A DNA stretch of 60,789 bases from Candidatus Limnocylindrales bacterium (lineage in GTDB: Bacteria > Chloroflexota > Limnocylindria > Limnocylindrales > CSP1-4): positions 1-60,789 of the forward strand of contig DASVJA010000194.1 in the NCBI GenBank assembly GCA_036386115.1, read 5' to 3'. A program made the translations under genes and the position numbers. Under the pieces are notes generated by a model. The model was not told the DNA's origin, made no database searches, and saw only the letters and a program-made list of their open reading frames with translations. How positions within the stretch are numbered: the stretch's first letter is position 1; every line of letters starts with the position of its first letter. Below, piece after piece: positions 48,724-56,404 of this stretch.

Positions 48724-51102
48724 ATGGCTGACATCGCGGTGCAGGGACCGCTCAGTGCCGAAGAGCTTCGGCTGATCGACGCTTACTGGCGGGCGGCGAA
48801 CTACCTCAGCGTCGGCCAGATCTACTTGCTGGACAACGAGCTGATGCGGCGGCCGCTCGAAGCCACTGATGTCAAGCCGCGTCTTCTGGGCCACTGGGGC
48901 ACCACTCCGGGCCTCAACCTGATCTACGCCCACATGAACCGCGAGATCAAGAAGCGCGATCTCGACTGCATCTACATCATCGGCCCCGGACACGGTGGTC
49001 CGGGCCTCGTAGCCAACACGTACCTCGAGGGCAGTTACACGGACCTGTACCCGAGCATCACGAAGGACGCGGAAGGCATCCGGAAACTCTTCCGCCAGTT
49101 CTCGTTCCCGGGCGGCATCCCCAGCCACGTCGCGCCCGAGACGCCGGGGTCGATTCATGAGGGCGGCGAACTCGGCTACTCGCTATCACATGCGTACGGC
49201 GCTGCGTTCGACAACCCGGAGCTGCTCGTCTGCGCCATCGTCGGCGACGGCGAAGCGGAGACGGGGCCGCTCGCGACCAGCTGGCACTCCAACAAGTTCC
49301 TCGACCCGATCGGTGACGGCGCGGTCCTGCCGATCCTCCACCTCAACGGCTACAAGATCGCCAACCCCACGGTCCTGGCTCGCATTCCGGAGGAGGAGCT
49401 GCGTGACCTGATGATCGGTTACGGCCACAAGCCGTACTTCGTGACCGGCGACGATCCGGCAGTGGTTCATCAGCTGCTTGCCGCCACGCTGGACACGGTC
49501 CTCGACGAGATCCGCGAGATCCAGACCAACGCCCGATCCGGCAAGACGAGCGGCCGCCCCCAGTGGCCCATGATCGTCCTTCGAACGCCAAAGGGCTGGA
49601 CCGGCCCCAAGGTCGTGGACGGCAAGCTGGTCGAGGGCACCTGGCGCTCGCACCAGGTTCCGCTTGCGGAAACACGCACCAACGCAACGCATCGCGCTCA
49701 GCTGGAAGAGTGGCTCCGCAGCTACAAACCGCAGGAACTCTTCGACGAGAAGGGCTCGTTCCTGCCGGAGCTGGCCGCGCTGGCACCATCCGGCGATCGC
49801 CGGATGGGCAAGAACCCACACGCCAACGGCGGCTTGCTTCTCCGACAGTTGATCATGCCGGACTTCCGCGAATATGCGGTCGACGTGCCCAAGCCGGGGT
49901 CCACCCTCAGCGAGGCGACCTTCGTCGCCGGCACATTCGTCCGCGACGTCATGGCCAAGAACACGGACAACTTCCGGATGTTCGGCCCCGACGAGACGGC
50001 CTCAAACCGCTTCCAGGCGATCTTCGAAGTAACGGGCAAGGCCTGGGACGCCGAGGTCATCCCGGAGGATGCCAAGGACAACGTTCTCTCAGTCGACGGG
50101 CGCGTGATGGAGGTCCTCTCCGAGCATCAGTGCGAAGGCTGGCTGGAGGGCTATCTGCTCACCGGTCGCCACGGCATGTTCAACTGCTACGAAGCCTTCA
50201 TCCACATCATCGACTCGATGTTCAACCAGCACGCCAAGTGGCTCAAGGTGACCCGCGACATCCCGTGGCGCCGCCCCATCGCCTCGCTCAACTATGTGCT
50301 TAGCTCACTGGTCTGGCGCCAGGACCACAACGGCTTCACCCATCAGGACCCGGGCTTCATCGACCACGCGGTCAACAAGAAGGCCGAGATCATCCGGGTC
50401 TACCTGCCGCCGGATGCCAACACCATGCTGTCGGTGACGGACCACTGCCTGCGCAGCGTCAACTACATCAACGTCATCGTGGCCGGTAAGCAGCTCGCCC
50501 CGAACTGGCTGACGATGGAGCAGGCGATCCTGCACTGCACCCGCGGCATCGGCATCTGGGATTGGGCCAGTTCCGATCAAGGCGGCGAGCCGGACGTGGT
50601 CATGGCCTGCTGCGGCGACGTCCCCACGCTTGAGACTCTCGCCGCCGTGGACCTGATCCGCAAGCATCTGCCGGACATCAAGGTGCGAGTCGTCAACGTG
50701 GTTGACCTGATGCGTCTCCAGCCCGAAACCGAGCATCCGCACGGCATGACGGACAAGGAATTCGACTCGCTCTTCACCACGGACAAGCCGGTCGTGTTCG
50801 CGTATCACGGCTACCCGTGGCTCATCCATCGCCTCACCTACCGCCGCCACGGCCACGACAACATGCACGTCCGCGGATACAAGGAAGAGGGCACGACCAC
50901 CACTCCGTTCGACATGGTCATGCTCAACGATCTGGACCGCTTCCACCTGGTGATCGACGCGATCGACCGCATCCCCGGTTTGGGGCAGCGCGAGGCCCAC
51001 GTCCGTCAGCTCATGGAGGACAAGCGGACCGAGGCCCGGGCCTACACCCGCGCAGAGGGCGAGGATGCCCCGGAGATCCGCGACTGGGTCTGGCCGGTTT
51101 AG
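48724..51102 (+). CDS. xfp: Xylulose-5-phosphate / fructose-6-phosphate phosphoketolase
   Basis: 792 aa. [39 protein letters not shown] and full-length collinearity with phosphoketolases. GAAGGAG SD. Confidence 0.95.
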   Translation: MADIAVQGPLSAEELRLIDAYWRAANYLSVGQIYLLDNELMRRPLEATDVKPRLLGHWGTTPGLNLIYAHMNREIKKRDLDCIYIIGPGHGGPGLVANTYLEGSYTDLYPSITKDAEGIRKLFRQFSFPGGIPSHVAPETPGSIHEGGELGYSLSHAYGAAFDNPELLVCAIVGDGEAETGPLATSWHSNKFLDPIGDGAVLPILHLNGYKIANPTVLARIPEEELRDLMIGYGHKPYFVTGDDPAVVHQLLAATLDTVLDEIREIQTNARSGKTSGRPQWPMIVLRTPKGWTGPKVVDGKLVEGTWRSHQVPLAETRTNATHRAQLEEWLRSYKPQELFDEKGSFLPELAALAPSGDRRMGKNPHANGGLLLRQLIMPDFREYAVDVPKPGSTLSEATFVAGTFVRDVMAKNTDNFRMFGPDETASNRFQAIFEVTGKAWDAEVIPEDAKDNVLSVDGRVMEVLSEHQCEGWLEGYLLTGRHGMFNCYEAFIHIIDSMFNQHAKWLKVTRDIPWRRPIASLNYVLSSLVWRQDHNGFTHQDPGFIDHAVNKKAEIIRVYLPPDANTMLSVTDHCLRSVNYINVIVAGKQLAPNWLTMEQAILHCTRGIGIWDWASSDQGGEPDVVMACCGDVPTLETLAAVDLIRKHLPDIKVRVVNVVDLMRLQPETEHPHGMTDKEFDSLFTTDKPVVFAYHGYPWLIHRLTYRRHGHDNMHVRGYKEEGTTTTPFDMVMLNDLDRFHLVIDAIDRIPGLGQREAHVRQLMEDKRTEARAYTRAEGEDAPEIRDWVWPV

Positions 51103-51124
51103 GGCTTCTGCTCACGAACATCGC

Positions 51125-51162
51125 AAAGAGGGGCGGGCGCCGTCAGGCGCCCGCCCCTCTTT
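51125..51162. terminator. Bidirectional intrinsic terminator between phosphoketolase and xylanase genes
   Basis: Perfect 17-bp stem AAAGAGGGGCGGGCGCC-gtca-GGCGCCCGCCCCTCTTT. The A-tract/T-tract flanks give a U-run in either orientation. Confidence 0.8.
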
Positions 51163-51178
51163 CTTGCCCTGGACGCAG

Positions 51179-52315
51179 CTACTTGGCTGCGGCCTCAAGC
51201 GCCTGAACCACGGCGTCATAGGCCGGCTTCGTCTTGAAGCTCGCGTCGTACAGGTCCGCGTCGCCCTTGCCGGGGAAGGTCATCGGCACCCAGGAATCTC
51301 GGTCGCTGATGCCCCAAACCGTGATGCCGACGCATGCCGGTGTGGAAACGCAGGCCTCCACAACTAGCTTGTAGTAGTCGGCCTGAGTCTTGAGCTTGTC
51401 GGGCGTCGAGGGAGTGGCAAGTCGGACGTCAAGTTCGGTAATGGCAACCTCGACTCCGAGCGCCGCAAACCGCTGCAGGTTTTCGGCCATCTTGGCGGGC
51501 GGGTTGTTCTCGAGGTCCAGATGCGCCTGGAAGCCGACGCCGTCGATCGGCACGCCATCAGCCTTGAGCTTCTTCACCAGGGCGTACAGGCCGTCGCTCT
51601 TGGGGTTGATGTCGTCGGTGTCGTAGTCGTTGATGTATAGCTTGGCCGCCGGATCGGCTGCATGAGCCCAGCGGAAGGCATCGGCGATGTAGCCGTCGCC
51701 GAGGGTCGTCTCGAAGACCGATTGACGCATAGTGCCGTCGTCGTTGAAGGCTTCGTTGACGACGTCCCAGGCGTAGATCTTGCCCTTGTAGCGACCCATC
51801 TCCGCTTCGATGTGGGCCTTCACGGTGTCATTCAGCTGCGCCTTGGTGAGATGGCCATCGCTGATGAACGTGGGCAGCTGGCTGTGCCAGACGAGTGTGT
51901 GGCCGCGAACCTTCTGGCCGTTGGCCTGGGCGGAGGCGACGAGCGCGTCCGCAGCGGTCCAGTCGATGTTGCCCTGCGTCGGCTCGAGCGGGCCCCACTT
52001 CATCGCGTTCTCGGCGGTCACCTGGCTGAACTGGGCGTTGAGCAGCTTCGTGAATTCGGCGTCGCTGCCGAGAAGTCGATCGTTCACCGCGGTCCCGAAG
52101 TAGCGCGTGCCGCTGATGTCCTTGAGGTTAACGGGCACCGGAGTCGCAGTCGGGGCAAGAGTCGCTGTTGGGGCGACCGAAGGCGAGAGCGAAGGCCCGG
52201 CCGGAGACGAAGTCGCGGCCTGCGAGCCGCAGCCGACCAGTCCGATACTTACCGCTGCCGCGAGGCCCAGCCTCACTGCCAACGTCGAACCGCGCGAGCC
52301 GTTCCGAAAACGCAT
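51179..52315 (-). CDS. GH10 endo-1,4-beta-xylanase, lipoprotein signal
   Basis: GHTLVWHSQLP, WDVVNEAF (acid/base Glu), ITELDV (nucleophile Glu). Signal peptide with lipobox LVGC. GAGGA SD. Confidence 0.9.
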   Translation of the reverse strand: MRFRNGSRGSTLAVRLGLAAAVSIGLVGCGSQAATSSPAGPSLSPSVAPTATLAPTATPVPVNLKDISGTRYFGTAVNDRLLGSDAEFTKLLNAQFSQVTAENAMKWGPLEPTQGNIDWTAADALVASAQANGQKVRGHTLVWHSQLPTFISDGHLTKAQLNDTVKAHIEAEMGRYKGKIYAWDVVNEAFNDDGTMRQSVFETTLGDGYIADAFRWAHAADPAAKLYINDYDTDDINPKSDGLYALVKKLKADGVPIDGVGFQAHLDLENNPPAKMAENLQRFAALGVEVAITELDVRLATPSTPDKLKTQADYYKLVVEACVSTPACVGITVWGISDRDSWVPMTFPGKGDADLYDASFKTKPAYDAVVQALEAAAK

Positions 52316-52540
52316 TTCCCATCCTCACTGAACATTGGGCCCGGCTGGCACCTTCCGGCCGCTCGGCGGCACCTTACCGCATCGCGCTGCCGGCCGCGAA
52401 CGTTTCGGGAAGACCGGCGCAACTTAGCCCGGTGCCGGCGAGTTGCCCAGTCGGAATGGAATCCGTTGCCGGCTCGAGTTCCGACCGTGCGGTGGGTGTG
52501 GCGCGAGTGCAAGCCGGGGCAGCTCTCCAGGGGCGGTTCC

Positions 52541-52617
52541 CCTCAACATCACCGCTGGCGATGCTATACCGCTGCCGACCGATAGATCGCCCTCAACTTC
52601 GCCCGGGGCGATGCTAT
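52541..52617 (+). repeat. Two 27-nt imperfect direct repeats (CCTCAAC.TC.CC...GGCGATGCTAT), 50-nt period, upstream of argS
   Basis: 52541-52567 vs 52591-52617: 22 of 27 identical by hand count. Each holds a small hairpin, TC[A/G]CC-N3-GGCGA. Confidence 0.6.
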
Positions 52618-52821
52618 GCGTAGGGGCACGTAGGTCGACCGAGCAATCGGCCCTTGCAGCAACCAGCGCACGAGACCCTGAATGGATCGAGAGGCCGAGT
52701 TCCAGCCGAGATGCCCCACTCCCCGCACTTAGGATTGCCGGTGGCGTTGATGAGTAAGAACCGCTGGGCGCGAGAACCGCGGGGCGCGAATGTTCACGCG
52801 GCGCCGCATACCCGCTCCCGC

Positions 52822-52827
52822 TACCAT
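52822..52827 (+). promoter_or_regulatory. -10 box TACCAT, 6 nt upstream of the argS ATG (leaderless arrangement)
   Basis: gc-TACCAT-tcgcgc-ATG. No SD. Confidence 0.45.
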
Positions 52828-52833
52828 TCGCGC

Positions 52834-54561
52834 ATGACCCCTGACGCCGCGCCCAGCCTGCGAACTCAGGTTCGCGAATCCATCGAAGCTGCCTGGAAAC
52901 TCGCCCAGGCGGACCTTGCGCCGGCCCGCGACGCCGCCACCCCGCTGGCGGACTCGGCTTCGCCGATCGAGATCGAGCGCCCGGCGGATCCCGCCCGGGG
53001 CGACTTCGCCAGCAACATCGCCCTCAAGCTGGCCAGGCCATATCGCAAGTCGCCGATGGAGCTGGCCAAGGCCATCGCCGCACACGTTGTGACCGCGGCG
53101 CAGGACGACAATTCGCCGATCGCCGCCGTCGAGATCGCACCTCCGGGCTTCCTCAACGTCCGCCTTTCGGACGCAGCACTCGCGGCCCAGGCTCGCCGGA
53201 TCGTGAGCAATCCGGAGACGTGGGGCCGCATCAAGGTGGCTGATCCAGAGCGCATCAACGTCGAGTTCGTGTCGGCCAATCCAACCGGGCCGCTGCACAT
53301 CGGCAACGCGCGTGGCGCCTTCACCGGCGACCTGCTCTGCCGCGTGCTGACCGCGGCCGGCCATACGGTGACGCGCGAGTACTACTTCAACGACTTCGGC
53401 AGTCAGGTCAAGAATCTTGGCGCCTCGGTAGTGGCCATCCGCGAGAACTGCGACATTCCCGAGGACGGTTATCACGGCGACTACGTCTACGAGATGGCGA
53501 AAGAGATGCCGGAGTCCGTTTTCGAGGCGGCCTCCCACGGCGACGAGGCGACCAGCTGGGCCGTCGGCAGGTGGGCTTCCGAACAGGTCCGATCCGGCAT
53601 CGAAGCCAGCCTCGAGCACCTCGGCTGCCATTTCGACGTCTGGCGTTCGGAGAGCACGCTCCACAAGGACGGCTGGGTCCAGCAGGCGGTCGATCGGCTG
53701 AAAGCGGCCGGCGACGTTTACGACGACGAAGGCGCGGTCGTCTTCCGATCCACCAAGTACGGCGACGACAAAGACAGAGTCATCCTCCGCTCCACGGACG
53801 ACAACGCGCCAACCTACTTCGCGGCGGACATCGGCTATCTGGTCGAGAAGTTCAGCCGCGGCTACGAGCGCCTCATCTTCATATGGGGCGAGGACCATCA
53901 CGGTTACGTTGCTCGAGTGAAGGCGGCGGCACAATCGCTCGGCTTTGATCGAGACGACGTCCAGATGATCCTCACGGCCTGGGTCCGCTTCGTCCGCGAC
54001 GGCAAGGAAGTGCCGATGTCCAAGCGCACGGGCGAGTTCATCACGCTCGACGAGTTGCTCGGCGAGATCGGCGTCGACGCCGCCCGCTGGTTCTTCGCCT
54101 CGCGCGCCGCCTCCTCCGGCATCGACTTCGACATCGAGCTAGCCAAGAAGCAGTCGGCCGAAAACCCGGTCTACTACGTCCAGTATGCCCACGCCCGCGT
54201 TTCGTCGATCCTTCGCAAGGCCGCCGATGCCGGCATCGCCGTCCCGGCCGCCGACGACGCTCGCTTCGCCGAGCTGTTGAGAGCCGTCCTGCCCGGCGCG
54301 CCCGAAGCCGCCCTGGCGCGCCAGATCATGCGCCTGCCGGACGTGGTCGAAGATGCAGCCCAGAGTGAGGAGACGCACGGCATCACCACTTATGCCACGG
54401 AGCTGGCCACCGCCTTCCACGCCTTCTACCGCGACGCGCGAGTCGTGGACGAGGCGGAGCCGGAGCGCTCTGCCGGGCGGTTGGCTCTGGTGGCAGCAAC
54501 CAAGACGACCCTCGCCAACGCCCTGGGGCTGCTGGGGATCTCCGCGCCGGAGGCGATGTAG
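52834..54561 (+). CDS. argS: Arginine--tRNA ligase
   Basis: Class I HIGH motif (NPTGPLHIGNARG), MSKRTG (KMSK-type), C-terminal anticodon-binding domain. Start trimmed to ATG 52834; the track ORF begins at 52654. Confidence 0.9.
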   Translation: MTPDAAPSLRTQVRESIEAAWKLAQADLAPARDAATPLADSASPIEIERPADPARGDFASNIALKLARPYRKSPMELAKAIAAHVVTAAQDDNSPIAAVEIAPPGFLNVRLSDAALAAQARRIVSNPETWGRIKVADPERINVEFVSANPTGPLHIGNARGAFTGDLLCRVLTAAGHTVTREYYFNDFGSQVKNLGASVVAIRENCDIPEDGYHGDYVYEMAKEMPESVFEAASHGDEATSWAVGRWASEQVRSGIEASLEHLGCHFDVWRSESTLHKDGWVQQAVDRLKAAGDVYDDEGAVVFRSTKYGDDKDRVILRSTDDNAPTYFAADIGYLVEKFSRGYERLIFIWGEDHHGYVARVKAAAQSLGFDRDDVQMILTAWVRFVRDGKEVPMSKRTGEFITLDELLGEIGVDAARWFFASRAASSGIDFDIELAKKQSAENPVYYVQYAHARVSSILRKAADAGIAVPAADDARFAELLRAVLPGAPEAALARQIMRLPDVVEDAAQSEETHGITTYATELATAFHAFYRDARVVDEAEPERSAGRLALVAATKTTLANALGLLGISAPEAM

Positions 54562-54746
54562 GGTTCCCGGTGGCGCGTTCGGTCTTGGGCCGATTGGGCG
54601 TCCCAATCAACGGCCAGCCCATCGAATTTGGCCCGCGAGACCTCGCCTAACTCGTGACTAGCATCTCGACGCGGTGATCACGGAGCACCAGAACGCGACG
54701 TAACGAGTCACTCCCGCCGGGCAGCTAAACGACCGGCAGCCGGCAC

Positions 54747-54767
54747 GATCTCGCATTTGTCCGGCTC
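54747..54767. promoter_or_regulatory. Palindrome TTGTCCGG-N5-CCGGACAA (operator-like or hairpin), copy 1
   Basis: Perfect 8-bp arms. Near-identical element at 54938-54956. Confidence 0.4.
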
Positions 54768-54861
54768 GACCGGACAACATCAATCCAATCCGATGCGTCG
54801 TCGACGCTGAGCCCAGCCTGCACGCCTGATTCGGTCCGCGGAGCGCAGGAATTCCGGGCAA

Positions 54862-54897
54862 TCACGACCCGGATTGAGCATCGAATCCGGGTCGTGA
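54862..54897. other. Perfect 14-bp-stem hairpin (TCACGACCCGGATT-gagcatcg-AATCCGGGTCGTGA)
   Basis: All 14 pairs checked by hand. No U-run on either strand. Confidence 0.6.
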
Positions 54898-54937
54898 GAC
54901 GATGTTGAGGCCCAATTCAGGGCTGCACGCCGATTCT

Positions 54938-54956
54938 TGTCCGGCCGTACCGGACA
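54938..54956. promoter_or_regulatory. Palindrome TGTCCGG-N5-CCGGACA, copy 2
   Basis: 7-bp arms. Flanks also repeat (CTGCACGCC.GATTC before, ACATC after). Confidence 0.4.
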
Positions 54957-55119
54957 TCCGCAAGATATCGGCGGCGCCGGACGTGCCCGGGCCGGGGGCC
55001 TGCCGTGGCCGCCCGGAACTCTGGCGTATCCCGCCACGGCCCCCCGGACCTCGACGTCCCACCCCGCCACGCAATCAACCCCATTCTGGATCACTTTGTT
55101 GCGGTTTCTTTATTGTCTG

Positions 55120-55247
55120 GCAGGTGCCGCATTCACGTAGGGGGATTACCTTTCTCTTACGGAACGCGGGCCTTCCTCCTGAAGTTCCTACCTCCCTCCC
55201 TCCGACCGGAGGTGCCGATTGGGCAGGCGCCTCCGGTCCTCCCTTTT
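55120..55247 (+). ncRNA. Candidate small RNA with a CU-rich (CCUCC-repeat) single-stranded stretch and an intrinsic terminator; 5' end not defined
   Basis: Locally AT-richer segment. CCTTCCTCCTGAAGTTCCTACCTCCCTCCCTCC runs straight into a 13-bp terminator stem plus TTTT. No credible ORF. A TTGACG -35-like hexamer for the next gene begins just after it. Confidence 0.25.
55204..55247 (+). terminator. Intrinsic terminator (plus-strand oriented)
   Basis: GACCGGAGGTGCC-gattgggca-GGCGCCTCCGGTC (13 bp including one G-U), followed by CTCCCTTTT. Confidence 0.55.
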
Positions 55248-55298
55248 AACGGCGTTGACGGGATCTGTCGGCCGGATAAGCGGTGATGCAGTCACCTG

Positions 55299-55307
55299 TG
55301 CAAGAAT
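55299..55307 (+). promoter_or_regulatory. Extended -10 element TGCAAGAAT, 6 nt upstream of ATG 55314 (leaderless arrangement)
   Basis: TG-C-AAGAAT-cagctc-ATG. No SD. Confidence 0.5.
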
Positions 55308-55313
55308 CAGCTC

Positions 55314-55988
55314 ATGGAGCTCACTTGGTACGGGCGGACTTGCGTCCGCATGAGAGGCAAAGACGCGGTCGTCGTGGCCGACGCCTATCAAGCGGTTGTC
55401 GGGCCCACGGGTCGCGGTATCACCGGCGACATCGTGACCTACAGCCACCCAGATGACTCACCCCTCGGCAAGGGCAAAGGGCGAATGTCGAGGGACGGCA
55501 GCACGGTCATCCCCGGCAGCCTGGAAGATGCCTTCTGCCTGGACGGGTCGGGCGAGTACGAAGTCAAGGATGTCCTGATCACGGGCGTCCGGACTTACAG
55601 GGATGAACACCGCGGCAAGGAGCGAGGGCGGAACGTCGCGTTCACGGTAGAACTGGACGGAGTCCACATCATCCACCTGGGCGATATCGCCCATCTGCTG
55701 ACGGAAGACAAGCTGACCGATATCGGGCCGGTAGACGTCGCCTGCATCGCCATCGGAGGCTCGCTTCCGGCCAACAAGGCGGCCGAACTCGTGTCGCAAC
55801 TGGACGCCAAGGTTGTCGTGCCGATGGTCGTCTGCGACGACGCGGATGCCGCCGAGGCACTGGCCAAGTTCCTGCACGAGATGGGCGTGTCAACTCCGCC
55901 GGCGCTTCAGTCAAAGCTGGCGCTGATGCCTTCCTCGATGCCTGCGGAACTCACCACCGTCCTGCTCGAACAGCGCGGCAAGATCTAG
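55314..55988 (+). CDS. MBL-fold (Lactamase_B_3 / UPF0173-like) protein with a degenerate metal-binding motif
   Basis: MELTWYGRTCVRM...DIVTYSHPDD...IIHLGD...VVPM follows the layout of the small metal-dependent hydrolase family. Confidence 0.7.
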   Translation: MELTWYGRTCVRMRGKDAVVVADAYQAVVGPTGRGITGDIVTYSHPDDSPLGKGKGRMSRDGSTVIPGSLEDAFCLDGSGEYEVKDVLITGVRTYRDEHRGKERGRNVAFTVELDGVHIIHLGDIAHLLTEDKLTDIGPVDVACIAIGGSLPANKAAELVSQLDAKVVVPMVVCDDADAAEALAKFLHEMGVSTPPALQSKLALMPSSMPAELTTVLLEQRGKI

Positions 55989-56188
55989 CCCGAATCGACG
56001 CACGCAACGACTTGGTCGTTAGGCACCGCCATGATGCGCTTGCAGCAGCCGACCCAACACATTGTGGGGCGCCACAGGCTGCGCATAGTGTCCCGATTCG
56101 GAAGTAGCCACACGGTTGTGCGCCTCGTTTCCGTCAGGCCACTCACCTGGCTGGTATCTGGCGGGAAATCACCGCAGTTCTCGTCATT

Positions 56189-56202
56189 CACTACTGGTAG
56201 TG
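56189..56202. repeat. Near-palindrome CACTAC-TG-GTAGTG; its first 12 nt recur exactly at 56336-56347
   Basis: Read directly. Confidence 0.6.
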
Positions 56203-56335
56203 GTGCCGGACGCGGCCCCATGCTCGGTGGCCACCGTCGGCGAGCCCAACGGGCGCTTGGATGCCCCGCCTTGAGCGTGGATTGCGGCCCGGAGGTGTCG
56301 GACCAAGTTGCCGCCGATCCCGCAATTGCTTACGC

Positions 56336-56347
56336 CACTACTGGTAG
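56336..56347. repeat. Second exact copy of CACTACTGGTAG, just upstream of the TGCAAGAAT box at 56355
   Basis: Read directly; 147 bp from the first copy. Confidence 0.6.
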
Positions 56348-56354
56348 GAGTATC

Positions 56355-56363
56355 TGCAAGAAT
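56355..56363 (+). promoter_or_regulatory. Extended -10-like element TGCAAGAAT pointing into the 3' end of the minus-strand HEAT gene (antisense or small-RNA promoter candidate)
   Basis: Third exact TGCAAGAATC copy. No start codon at +7 and no plus-strand gene downstream. Confidence 0.3.
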
Positions 56364-56404
56364 CCGGGCCACGATCAGCTCGCCGGCGCCGGGTGATCGG
56401 GACG

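Noticed and set aside
52316-52833. T-box or other riboswitch leader upstream of argS.
   Set aside because: I find no T-box sequence (…GGGTGGTACCGCG-like), no specifier-loop/antiterminator architecture and no terminator before the start. A TACCAT box 6 nt before the ATG indicates a leaderless transcript instead.
55989-56404. Cobalamin or TPP riboswitch, SRP RNA, tmRNA or RNase P RNA in the lower-GC gaps (also checked 54562-55313).
   Set aside because: Superficial word matches only (GCCACTACTGG; ACCTGGCTGGTATCTGGCGGGAA). The core consensus elements I remember are absent: CTGAGA plus the ACCTGATCTGGATAATGCCAGCG-type pairing, the B12 box, GAGGAAAGTCCGGGC, and a tRNA-like 3' end. There is also no downstream gene in the sense orientation for the 56-kb gap. 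An Rfam scan should still be run.
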